Assembly: GCF_001194135.2 (NCBI RefSeq)
Contig: NC_069000.1
Location: forward strand, 44,980,756 to 45,044,755
Direction of reading: 5' to 3'
From: Octopus bimaculoides
Lineage: Eukaryota
DNA length: 64,000 nucleotides
The translations under genes were made by a program, and so were the position numbers. This document shows, one piece after another, positions 12,087 through 24,256 of the stretch. Numbering within the stretch: the first letter of the stretch is position 1; every line of letters starts with the position of its first letter. Under the pieces are notes generated by a model that had not been told where the DNA came from, did not search any database, and saw only the letters and a program-made list of their open reading frames with translations.

Positions 12087-13987
12087 CGAAGGTAAAGAAT
12101 ACGCACACCCGTTTTTAGCGTTTAGGGTTAAGGTTATGCCGAAAACGGGTGGTGTGTGTATTCTGTATCCTCCGCCAATATATATAAAATGTGTGTATGA
12201 ATAGTTGATGTCATAAGAATAAATACGTTTTCGAGAGAATGTGAAATGACTTCTAACCCAATATTTGTGTGCTTCGAGATCCAGTTACAAAGGAAAAAGG
12301 ACACACAAGTATGCGCGCTTGTATATACTGTTTCATCTCAGTTCAAACTTGACCGAACACACCATGAACTAAGGAAGGCATATTACAGATACGATCATCC
12401 AGTCTCTAGTGATACGAAGGACTACATTACCTGATATGCCTTAATCTCATTTTTTAAAGGTAGCACAGGGTGGACTGAGGGAGGTTTAAGAGCTATTTTA
12501 AACAGGTCGAGCAACAACGTAGAGGCTTTCTCATTGTCTTCATCGGGAATCTGTTTGTATTTCAAGTATTATAATGTTTGAAAACATGGGAAGTAAATAA
12601 TGTTATTCTTGTAGCCATTTACAATTAATTATACAGGGAAGAATTAGAAAGCCAAGTGTCACTTCACAGCTGATAGAGAATAGAATAAGATGCTGAATAT
12701 AGAGGGAAGAATTAGAAAGGGTTCGCCCGCAACGTAAAGGAGTAGAATCAGCTGTAAATTTGCAGCTTATATGGTACAATTTGGAAAGCATCATAGAATT
12801 CTAAATCGGCATTTTCCGGACGATTGAAGTCCCTCTTAGTGTAAGACAGGAACTTTAATCGTCCGAAAAGGCCGATCGAGAATGGGATCTGACGATACGC
12901 CATAAAGCTAAACCTTTTATGGACGGGAAACCTAAGGTAATCTCATAAACCGGCCTTCCCCATTTTTAAGATATAATATATATGTGTGTGTGTGTAAATG
13001 AGTGTCACTGTCATACATGCAATGTCGTTCATTTCTTATCCTGAGAGAACATATATCAGGCTATGGGGGGGGGGGGGGNNNNNNNNNNNNNNNNNNNNNN
13101 NNNNNNNNNNNNNGGGGGGGGGGTGAAATACTACTTTGGAAACAGGTGAGGGTTGGTAACAGGAAAGATATCCAACCGTAGATACCAAGACAGTCTACAC
13201 AGCGAGACACGGTCTATGGTAATAGAACTAAAGGAAAGTAAGAACTTAAAACAAACAACGCGTTGATTCTACACAAATACATAGGCATGTGTGTATATCG
13301 TGTATGTATGAAAATTCACACACACACATAGGTGTCTAATATGTAATATTTACATACACACATGCACGACTATATACATATATGTATATAACAGCCGTGC
13401 ATGTGAATATATATATCCCAATTGTGGCGGCTACTAAAACGGAAAAGTTTGTTGTTTATGGTTAAATTCCACGCCTGTTAACTTCGTCACGCTCAACATG
13501 TCCCAGAATGGATAACTCGGCCAAAATACTCACGTGACGAGGTGTATGGGGCTGAAAAACCCTCGAATAAAAAGACAGGATGGTCGCAAATGGAATCCCT
13601 TCGATCATAAGTTGACTCGATAACCAGTTGAACTGGATCTGAACAACATGTTGGTTTAGTTCTTATTCATTTATTTGTCTTTTTTTGTTTTGCTAATATA
13701 TCAAATTTCTGTCTGTAGTAGTTCGGCAGAGGAAACGAACGTCAATCGGAATAGACGGGACTAAGATTATTGAGGAGGAAAGCAAAATGATGGTTTGTCT
13801 TGTGATGTTGTTTATAATGAAGATGACAATCGGTGGGAGGGGGGAAATAATTGACAAGCAGATACACAGACGATGGTTACAGACTAATAGGAATGACTAT
13901 ACATACACAAACATATATAAATACAAAATACACACACATATATATATATATACATACATTTATGTGTGTACTATATAAATATAAATC

Positions 13988-14154
13988 TTTATTTGTGTAT
14001 TAAAGTCACCATTGGTTTCATGTAGAGATAAATATCTCAATTTTTCAAACCGATCACATGGAGGAATGGTGTTCGTTTCCATTTCGTGAACTGTTAAGAT
14101 ATTAAGATATTTATCTTAACATGAAACCAATGGTAGCCTTGATACACAAATAAA
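13988..14154. mobile_element. MITE-like fold-back element, ~50-bp imperfect TIRs
   Basis: tttatttgtgtat..ccattggtttcatgt..agataaatatct pairs with agatatttatct..acatgaaaccaatgg..atacacaaataaa. Confidence 0.7.
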
Positions 14155-14211
14155 AAATTTTTACCCATCAATGCGGTGTTGAGCACTCATTCTCGTTGTT
14201 CGACATTTACG

Positions 14212-14253
<42 letters not shown>

Positions 14254-14255
14254 TA

Positions 14256-14414
14256 CTTTGTTAAAAAGCAGCAAAAATATCACAAAAATCTATTACTCAG
14301 AGTTTCCCGTTTCTGTTCGTCGAACAGTTTTTCTAAACAAAACTGTCCGACGAACGGGAACGTGAAACTCTGAGTAACAGTTTTTGTAACATTTTTGCTG
14401 CTTTTTAAATAAAG
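14256..14414. mobile_element. MITE-like fold-back element, ~75-bp imperfect arms
   Basis: aaaaagcagcaaaaat..ttactcagagtttc..gttcgtcg.acagtttt pairs with aaaactgt.cgacgaac..gaaactctgagtaa..atttttgctgcttttt. Confidence 0.75.
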
Positions 14415-14490
14415 CATATTACTCTACCTCTGGTATTCGAGTACTATTTTTTCCACCTTATTTTGGATTTACGTGCTTACTCCGATATAC

Positions 14491-14541
<51 letters not shown>

Positions 14542-14998
14542 TACTTTGTTAAAAAGCAGCAAAAATATCACAAAAATCTATTACTCAGAGTTTCCCGTTT
14601 CTGTTCGTCGAACAGTNNNNNNNNNNATATGTATGTACGTATATATTCACATATATACACACATATAGACAAGCATATAAAATACTTATACACATATGCC
14701 CAATTGAACATACATAAGCACACATACATATACACACGTATGTAAGTACGTATGGTTCTTTGGGATTTCAGTTTTTTTTTTTTTGTATGTATGACTATAA
14801 TAGTGGAAAACCTTCAAATTAATTAGAGCACCTGTCGTGGTGTGACAGGCTTTGAATTAAAAACTATAAAGATGTTATAAGAATGAAAATGCCAATAGAA
14901 GAGACGATAATGTCCCAGCGACTAAGGCTGTTGTACGAACGGTGAACAGATTACGAAAAAAAGGTGTTGCTTCGGAATGGTAATTATTTCTTACTTAC

Positions 14999-15106
14999 CA
15001 CACATCCTTTGCCAAGACAACTGAACAGCATGTCATTTTCCTGCGAACTTAATAACAAACAGCCGACGTTTGTCGCCTTTTTCGACACATTATTGTTTTG
15101 ACTCAT
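14999..15106 (-). CDS. WASL: N-WASP (WASL) coding exon 1
   Basis: ATG at 15106, MSQNNNVSKKATNVGCLLLSSQENDMLFSCLGKGCV|gtaagt; matches the N-WASP N-terminus TNVGSLLLTPQENESLFTFLGKKCV. Confidence 0.95.
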
Positions 15107-15253
15107 GTTAAAGCCGATCAATTTTGCTGTCAACACTTTACGTCATCATTTTTCTCAAGGAAATATCTCCCCGGAGAAAATTTTTCATTTAACTAAAAGC
15201 AAATTAAAGGAACTCCACCATCGACGTGCCACTACAACGACGACTACTACACG

Positions 15254-15261
15254 ACTTCCGG
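15254..15261 (-). promoter_or_regulatory. ETS/GABP-type motif (CCGGAAGT) ~150 bp upstream of the WASL ATG
   Basis: acttccgg on + strand in a CpG-containing unique region upstream of exon 1. Confidence 0.4.
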
Positions 15262-15993
15262 CTAATCACTAAACATCAATCAACGAGTGAAATGAACAAA
15301 TATAAACCGAATCACCGCAACTGACAGATATTAATCCGCACGAGCAGTTGATATAAAATAAAAAGAACACACACACACACACTTGCAAATTAGAGAAAAA
15401 TAATCCATGGAAATTTTCCAATTTACGACTTATAATAAATATTATTTTATCATATAATAAATTCTGTTAATTCCTAACATTTCTTAAAGGCAACTGAAAG
15501 AAAAATATTTCGATTTAACTTTTTACTTAATGTTTGCAATGTGGATTTCTATCTATACTTAAGTGTTGGCATTTGGTTTAAGTTCATGGACGTGGGCAAT
15601 CCCGAATTAATTTAGTGTCTCTTGTTTTTAAAGATATTGCAATTTCTTAACAATGTGGTGACTGTTTATTGAGTTTATCGATTATAATATTATATTTTAG
15701 CTGCGTAAAATCTTCAGTGTCATCTTTCATGCTTTAGTTTGTTGTTCCTAAGTCAAAGGGGCGTATTAAAAGAGAAAGAGAGAGAGTATGAAAACACTGG
15801 TGACAAGAAAGACGGACAGAAAGAAATGTCTGAATGGAGATGGTGCTATACCAATCGGTTCCAAGGAGTAGAGGCAACGGAGGTTGCAATAGGAAAGGGC
15901 AGAAAAGGAGACTACACCAGTAGGGGCCACGAAAGTTACAATAAAAACGGACAGGAAAGGAGACTGCACCTGTATGGGATAAAGGGGTCGGAG

Positions 15994-16089
15994 TGCACAG
16001 TTATGCTCAGTCGGTAGAGCATGAAACTTTTAAGAGTTAACCCCTCAAAGATGATGTAAGGGTCACGGGTTCATGTTCCTCTGCGGGCG
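15994..16089 (+). pseudogene. tRNA-Lys-derived pseudogene with ~23-nt insertion in the anticodon arm
   Basis: gctcagtcggtagagcatgaaacttttaa ... agggtcacgggttcatgttcc..gggcg matches the tRNA-Lys D-arm, anticodon loop and T-arm; acceptor and anticodon stems pair poorly. Confidence 0.7.
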
Positions 16090-16406
16090 CATCTTTCGTT
16101 TGTTGTAGTGTACCTGAGCACTATACACAATAATTTCATTATTATTATTATTAGTCTGTCGGTGTAGGATATCTGAGGGAGTTTCTCTCCAGTGTGGGTG
16201 TCAGTTAATGGAGCTGTTCTTTTTCTTGTTTCATTCATGGGCTGCGGCCATGATGGAGCACTGCCGTGAAGGGTTAAGTCAGGAAAAAAAGTCTGCCCCA
16301 GGTCTAATGATTAAGTCTGATACTTATTTCTTATTTATTTTCTTCTTATGTAGAAGAACTGCCAGGGACTTAAACCCTCGCCAGTTTCTAAGCGAGAGGA
16401 ACGAAC

Positions 16407-16465
<59 letters not shown>

Positions 16466-16608
16466 CAAAAGTATAAAAAGGCAATTGGTGCAACAGCTGA
16501 AGCCACTAGATTGCAATTTGGAGTCAGACTTTGAGACTTGACCCACCATATGTATGTGCATGTGCAAATAAATATATACACACATAAGTATTTATATATA
16601 AATAAATG

Positions 16609-16642
<34 letters not shown>

Positions 16643-16734
16643 GTGCACATAAATACATTAGACACACACGCACATAACTATGTTATGTATGTATATAATG
16701 ACCTCTGTAATTACCTCTGGGAGATGACTGCTCT

Positions 16735-16915
16735 CTGTTCAGGGTATGTAGTGTAAATGGGGGATGACAGCTACATAAGCAAATGCCAAGAGTTCAAAAT
16801 GAATGGTACCTGTAGGAGAGGGAGGCCAGGAAGACTTGGGATGAGGTGGTGAAAAATGATCTCAAGATGTAACGGCTGACAATGTAGATGATTAAAGATT
16901 GTGTTGACTAATGAT
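16735..16915 (+). mobile_element. RTE LINE 3' coding remnant
   Basis: Reads ..GTCRRGRPGR/KTWDEVVKNDL, the typical RTE C-terminal GRGRPRKTW motif with a frameshift. Confidence 0.65.
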
Positions 16916-19318
16916 ACATGGTGTTACACAAGATCTGACCTTCATTAGCTTAGCACATCCACCCAGGTACACATCCTTATGCATCTCCACTCACCTGTTG
17001 TCGGTCTTGTACTCTTTCATTCCATGACCATCTATTCTAACCCCTGTGCCCTGTCATCCAGGGCCAGATTAAGACCCAGAGAGGCCCTAAGCACTTAAAA
17101 GATCTCAATGCTCCCGTATATATATATATAATTCAAAATATAAACAATAATGAACCATAAAATAAATTTTATTTTTCAAAATGAAACAAAACAGAAAAAT
17201 GGAAAATATTGTTTATTTTTGTATACTTCCATTTTATTTATATTTGAAAAGGTTTCTCCTATTTTTTTTTCTAATTGCAATGTCTTCAATTAGATTCCCA
17301 CTATGACACCACAAACACTTTGAAATTATATTTCCAATTATATAAAGCACATTCAATATTATTTTAGCAAGTGTAAAGAGATTTCTTTTGTGCTGTAAAC
17401 CATTTACCATTTCTGTGGTGCCTCTCTTCTCTTGACACCCTTTATAATGTAGTTTCTGCATATGTCACGTCAGTGTTGTGCACTTATAACAGTGTGATAT
17501 ACATTACCACAGAAGAGGGTAAAGTACCAACTGCCTCCACTTTATGTGTTCCAAAATACTCTGCCAACGACTGTAACCAATCATCTCTTACTCTCAGTCA
17601 AATACGCTGCTGCTATTTATGCAAGCTCAGTGAGTCCATTCTCACCAGCTTTATCTATCTCTTGTACTTGACACAATACCCAACCCCTGTGCCTATTCTG
17701 TAGCCTTTGGGTACACGTCCCCGCATATTCCCATCTACTTGTTATCCATTCCATACTCTGTCATTCGACGATCATCTTTCCTGACCTCTGTTCCCATTCT
17801 ATCCCCTCTTATATTCTCTGATCCCTATTACTGATTGGAAGGAAGGAAGGATTGGTTGCAGGATATAGGCAGAGGTGTAGCTAGGTTCTAAAGTCAGGGG
17901 GAGCGAGCTCATTAAAAAAAAAAAAAGGCACTGGACACATACCGAACAGTTTCTGTCAAATATTTTATTAATTACAATATACTTAATTGTATTCTGCATT
18001 CATTAATTCCATGTTTCAGCAACAATGTTATTATGTATGAAACTTGTAATTACTGATAGAGGTGTAATGTGGAAAAGATGAAACTCCAAAGGATTGTCCA
18101 GTGTCAAGAGGTCAAGTACCGGGCTTAAAAAAAAAAAGCCCTGGGTTGAGTCTTACAACTAAAATCCTTCAATGCAGTGCTCCAGCATGGCCACGGTTTA
18201 ATGACTGAAACAAGTAAAAGATAAAAGATACACACACACATATATATATAGTATTACACACATGCACTCATATATATTGTATTATACCTATATATAAGTA
18301 TACATGTGTGCGTAGACATTGACATTATTTGTATGAATACATATATATATTTTAAATGAAATAAATATACAAATGTATGTGTGTGTGTACATTCTTCTTC
18401 TCCAGATACATTCATGAATTCAACAAGCTGACACAATGTCCTTTTGAGTGGATGCAGTCGTGATAACAGAGGAAGAACGAAAGCTTCACCTACTTCAAAC
18501 AACTAGAATCATCCACGCACACACACACACACACATACAAAGAGAGAGAGAGAGAAGAGTGAGTGGGGAGTGTTGTCTTGTGGTTAAGAACTGTGGTCTG
18601 CCTCTTTTCCTCCCACCGCCACTTCGCCTCTGTTTTCAACTTGAACATGTTCCACTAACAGCTGCTAGCTATTGTCTGTCGTCTCCCTTTCAAATTGTTG
18701 CTATTTTCAAATGACGCCAAATTTGTGCCAAAAAATACGAAGACAAATAAGTAGATAAATGAATAAATAAATAGTAATAATAATAATAATCTAGTCTAAA
18801 CTAGAACGATTGTCTTGGATAAATAACAAAACAACATGCCATCTACCACATGTTGGTTTTGGTGGACGTGGACGAATGTAAGCTGAAAAAGTGGGTCTGG
18901 CTGTTTGATGTTTTAAACTACTTCAAGAAACATTTGATAATAAAGTTATAGTGGTTGTTGTTGTTAATCTGTTTCATTATTGTTCTGAGCGTTCTCTCTG
19001 GTTGGAATGGTAGGCGGGGCAATGGTGGTTAGGGTTAGGGTTATGGCGACAGAGGTGGACGGTGTTTCGGTGGATATGAATGAATTTATTCCAGGGCAAA
19101 CGGTTTTCTTTTTCCGTCCAAGTGCTCAGTGTTGAGTGCTCCCTCATTTATTTATTCCTCAGTACCAGAGGGGAAAGGCAGCAGAACGAGGTGGTGAGAG
19201 AGTAAAGGGAGAGAGAGAGGGATAGATAGAGAGATAAATAGACAGACAGACAGACAGATATATATAGAGAGAGATAGATAGATAGATGGATAGATAGGTA
19301 AATAGATTGGATAATTGA

Positions 19319-19395
<77 letters not shown>

Positions 19396-19670
19396 GTCTA
19401 TCTCTCTCTATATACATCTGTCTGTCTGTCTATTTATCTCTCAATCTACCTATCTATCTGTCTGTCTGTCTATTTGTCTCTCAATCTACCTATCTATCTG
19501 TCTGTCTGTCTGTCTATTTATCTCTCAATCTACCTATCTATCTGTCTGTCTGTCTGTCCGTCCATCTGTCTATCTATATATGGGAGAATTTACGAAAAAA
19601 ACAACAGACGAAGACAGGTGGTGTAAACGACAAATGGATGTATTAGTTTAACGCTCGGGAATAGAGAAAG

Positions 19671-19707
19671 TCTTTGACGTTTCGAGCTACGCTCTTCAAC
19701 AGAAAGA
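19671..19707 (-). ncRNA. Degenerate minimal hammerhead-ribozyme motif (Penelope-type); duplicate at 19915-19951
   Basis: Minus strand: TCTTT-CTGTTGA-A-GAGC GTA GCTC-GAAA-CGTC-AAAGA (stem I TCTTT/AAAGA, stem II GAGC/GCTC); core A6 replaced by T. Confidence 0.55.
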
Positions 19708-19779
19708 AACAAGGAGAGAAACAAGGAGAAAAAAAATACAAATGTAGTGGTCAGCGATCTATCATTATATATCTGTCTG

Positions 19780-19819
<40 letters not shown>

Positions 19820-20023
19820 CATTTTATCTAGTTTCAGCTCATGAGCTGTGGCCATGCTAGGGCACCNNNNNNNNNNAATGGATGTATTAGTTTAACGCTC
19901 GGGAATAGAGAAAGTCTTTGACGTTTCGAGCTACGCTCTTCAACAGAAAGAAACAAGGAGAGAAACAAGGAGAAAAAAAATACAAATGTAGTGGTCAGCG
20001 ATCTATCATTATATATCTGTCTG

Positions 20024-20065
<42 letters not shown>

Positions 20066-21579
20066 CATTTTATCTAGTTTCAGCTCATGAGCTGTGGCCA
20101 TGCTAGGGCACCACCATTTGGTGTTGCTACATAATTTTACTTCATGAATTTTACTTCAGGAATTGACATTTGGTGTATATATATTTATATTTATATTTGG
20201 TGCAAGAAAAAAAAACGAACAAAAAACAAAACATATAAACAACAATAAAAGAGCTCTGATTTATTAGAATATCAAGCATGATGAAAAATATTTAACACCT
20301 TGTATGCATACATACAGGTTGCAACGAGAAAGAAAAGACGTCCTGCATTTTACACATTTACAAATGTTTCAGTAGAATACACGCAATATGCATTAATTCA
20401 AATCAAGATGGCAAATGAAAAAGAATAGTAAGACATCAGCTCCCTAAGGATACCATTATCATCAACGGAACTTCACTAGTGTCAAACCAATGCCCATCTA
20501 AAATGCAGGAGGTTTTTCTGCTGCACCCAGTATATCCCATTTCATGACTAGAATTCTTAATAAAATATGCACAATGTTTCAATTTTGAAAATAATTACAA
20601 ATTTAGAGAGATTTCTTAAAATAACAAACTTTATCAATTATAAGTTTGGTGCTTGGAACATATCGAAAGTTTCCTATTTTTGAAATTAAATGTAAATGAT
20701 TTATAATTGGATGTTTTGTGATGTGGAATTAGAGATAGTTCTCAGGTGAATTGGTATCAAAAAGAAATACAAACATACATGTAGGCACAAGTGTGGCTGT
20801 GTGGTTAAGAAGTTTGCTTTGTAACCACAAGGTTTCAAGATCAATCTTACTGTGCGGCACCTTGGGAAAGTGTTTTCTACTTATAACCTTAGGCTGATCA
20901 ATGTGCCTTGTGAGTGAATTTAATAGACAAAAACATATATATTTGTATCTTTCTATCTATCTATCTATTTATGTGACCATCTATCTGACTCTCTCTCTAT
21001 CTCTCTATCTACACACACACACACACGTATTCAGACACACATATATTCAGACACACATATATACTATTCAGTCATTGGTCAGTGCTCCAACATGGGCACC
21101 ATATTGAAAAGTTTAATTAAATGAATTGACCCCCAGCATTTATTATTTTTTTAATGGTTAGCAGCAGGAAAGGCATTGGCAGCTTTTTGCCATTACTTTT
21201 GTTTTTATTCAGCCTGATGAATATGCTTGAAGGAAACAGAGCTTGTTTATTTCAAACACTAGAAGTTTTTGTACAAACATGAAACTTGAGTTGCTGCAAA
21301 AATGTCATTAACATACTATATAAGGATTTAACTAAACTCTCACGTGATCTGAGTGCTCTCCCTTGTTGAAAGTTATTCAACAATAACAACATACATAATA
21401 CATACATACACACGCATACACATACACACATACATACATACAAATACGTGTACATGCATTCTATTCAAACTGCTTCAGTCTATCTACTGCTGATATATAC
21501 ATACATAGACATAGATGCACACACACACACACACACATATACATATACACATTCACAGATATACAAATATACACATACA

Positions 21580-21639
<60 letters not shown>

Positions 21640-21960
21640 AATATGCATATTTATGTATATATGTGATTATTTATGCATGTGTGTGTGTGTGTAGACACGC
21701 CTGTACTCTAAAATAGTGGTCTACTCAATATGCAAACCAAATATTGATGTGAAAGAAATAAAGTGTTTTGATTATAGATGTTTTTGCATAATGATACACC
21801 ATGTGTAACTTGAAAATATATATTCTGGGAGAACACTACATTAAAATCTCTAACGAGAAAACCAAATTTGTCAAATGTGAATCAGAGTCAGGGCTTATGA
21901 CTAACATTCCCTGTGTGATCAATTAGTCTTTATACATTTTCAGTCATTCATATTAATCAT

Positions 21961-22763
21961 TTAACTATGGTGTGAATTCCATGACTGTATGTCACTATTC
22001 AAATCGACAATTTCCCTGCTTTTAGGATTCTCTTCCTCACTATTTTCAGAACTGTCTTTCACACTATTTTCAGAGCTGTCTTCCAGGAGTCTTTCAGAAT
22101 TGTCCTCCTCACTTATATCAGAACTGTCCTCAACTTTAATATCAGAACTGTCAACAAGTTTGTTCTCAAGAATGTTCTCCAAACTATCTTCCAGTCTACT
22201 TTCAAAAGTGTCATCTGATTTTCTCTCAGAACTGTCTTCCAATTTGCTTTCAGAGCTATCCTCCAATATGCTCTCAAAATTGTCCTTCAGTTGACTCTCA
22301 AAACTGTCCTCTAACCTGTTCTCAAAACTGTCCTTCAGGTGACTCTCAAAACTGTCCTCTATTTGACTCTCAGAACTTTCTTCAAATATTCTTTCAAAAC
22401 TGTCCTCCATTTGACTCTCAAAACTGTCCTCCATTTGACTCTCAGAACTATCTTCCATTTGACTCTCAGAACTATTTTCCATTTGACTCTCAGAACTGTC
22501 ATCCAATCTGTTCTCAGAACTATCCTCCAGTTGGATATCATTGCTGTTCTCCATTCCAATATCAAAACTGTTCATTTTGTCTTCTGTCTGTCTGGAATCC
22601 AAAGCATTTCCAATTTTCAAAGACCCATTTTCGTCTTGTTTTGGATCTTCCTCCAAAATTTCAGTAAGGTTAATGTTTGATATATTGGCGTTTACCAATA
22701 TTTCAGAAACATTCAAGGTCCAAGGTGCTCCTTGGAATTCTTCAGGACTTATTTTTCCATCTC
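21961..22763 (-). CDS. Secreted EF-hand/acidic-repeat protein, last coding exon (end of EF-hand 2 plus Asp/Glu/Ser-rich repeats)
   Basis: tcatacctag|GA GAT GGA AAA; phase 1 matches the upstream exon, giving DADKNGDGKISPEEF; 803 nt open to TAA at 21961. Confidence 0.9.
22042..22533 (-). repeat. Coding 24-nt tandem repeat (~20 octapeptides plus one half unit)
   Basis: QLEDSSEN/RLDDSSES/QMENSSES/QMEDSSES/QMEDSFES/.../SVKDSSEN. Confidence 0.95.
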
Positions 22764-23114
22764 CTAGGTATGACAAAAAAAAAGAAAAGAGAAAAAAATT
22801 AATTTTGTTACAATCAAGGGTCACAGCAACATGTAATGTTTTAGTTAAGGGTCACAACAACAGGATTTTCAATGAATTGATATGTGTGGTTGTGTGATTG
22901 AGAAGCTGGCTTCCCAACCATATGGTACCTGGTTCAGTCTCACTACATGGCACCTTGGGCAAGTGTGTTCTATAGGTGCAGGAGTGGCTGTGTGGTTGAG
23001 AAACTTGCTTCTCAGGTTCAATCCCACAGTCCAGCATCTCAGGTGAATATTCTCTACTATAACCCCAGGCCAACCAAATCCTGTGAGTGGATTTGATAGG
23101 TGGAAAAAGAAGCC

Positions 23115-23161
<47 letters not shown>

Positions 23162-23326
23162 TGCGGGAGTGGCTGTAAAGTAAAAAGTTTGCTTCCCAAC
23201 CACATGGTTCCTAGATTTCAGGGGTCAGCCCGCAGAACCTGCAACAAATAGAAGCCCTACTTTTAGGGTCCACATGGTCACAAATTAAGGTCCACTTGTT
23301 TGGGAAAATACCTGACAAGAACTTAC

Positions 23327-23537
23327 CATTTTTATCTGCATCTTTAAAAGCTTCCTTAGCGTTCCGTCTTGCACCAGTTGTTTTGATTAATTCCTGCAGA
23401 CTGATGAAGTTATCGTTAATATTGTTGTCATAGCGTGAGAAGTTCTTTGGAAGAGGCACCGGTCTAAATTCTTCACTGTCCTTTTTGGGGTTGACCAGGA
23501 ACTGTTCTACAGCTTTGGGGTCCTTTATTGTTTCAAT
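23327..23537 (-). CDS. Secreted EF-hand/acidic-repeat protein, middle exon (EF-hand pair)
   Basis: ttcttacag|ATT..AAT G|gtaagt; 211 nt; IETIKDPKAVEQFLVNPKKDSEEFRPVPLPKNFSRYDNNINDNFISLQELIKTTGARRNAKEAFKDADKN. Confidence 0.9.
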
Positions 23538-23679
23538 CTGTAAGAAACCAAAACAAGAAATAAGTACTTTTTTTCTATTTTAATATAAAATCAGAGAGGA
23601 GGGGAGGGTGGGGCAATGCTATTAATCTTTGAAGATGTTAAATGATTAACATGACTGATGATTGATGTTAATACTAATG

Positions 23680-23735
<56 letters not shown>

Positions 23736-23964
23736 TCTTTTACTTGTTTCAGTCATTTGACTGCGGCCATGCTGGAGCACCGCCTTTAGTCAAGCAAATC
23801 GAGCCCAGGACTTATTCTTTGTAAGCCTAGTACTTATTCTATTGGTCTCTTTTGCTGAAACGCTAAGTTACAGGGATGTAAACACAGCAACATTGGTTGT
23901 CAAGCGATGTATTAATATTTATACAACAGTAGGAACTACTACTACTGCTGCTGCTGCTGCTTCA

Positions 23965-24021
<57 letters not shown>

Positions 24022-24136
24022 TCTTCTTCTTCTTCTTCTTCTTCAATGGTAGCACAACCTCCCCCATCCCCAGTCTTCCCAAGAGAGTCTCCAGTTAAAG
24101 GAAAACAGAATCCATTCTTGAAAACTCATTACCGAC

Positions 24137-24256
24137 CTTTACAGATTCAGCTTTGTGATCTCTCTTGAAACGTGGAACTTTGACGGGTTGCTGCCATGAT
24201 AGACATATCCATATTAGACAAAAGAAGCACACCAGGCCTGAGTGATGTTTTACCAT
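24137..24256 (-). CDS. Secreted EF-hand/acidic-repeat protein, first coding exon (signal peptide and RFKR site)
   Basis: catttcag|TAAAAA ATG..AAG|gtcggt; MVKHHSGLVCFFCLIWICLSWQQPVKVPRFKRDHKAESVK; phase 0 matches the next exon. Confidence 0.8.

Noticed and set aside
15994-16089. Functional tRNA-Lys gene
   Set aside because: Acceptor and anticodon stems do not pair and the T-loop is altered; recorded as a pseudogene
19029-19043. Telomere or chromosome-fusion remnant
   Set aside because: Only 2.5 TTAGGG units, apparently inside a dispersed repeat
19633-20110. Apparent ~235-bp tandem duplication; similar case at ~14490-14616
   Set aside because: Copies are near-identical and adjoin 10-N gaps (19867-19876, 14617-14626), typical of unmerged contig overlaps
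21989-22897. Plus-strand and alternative-frame ORFs over the acidic repeat exon
   Set aside because: Shadows of the 24-nt coding repeat; only the minus-strand frame links to spliced EF-hand exons
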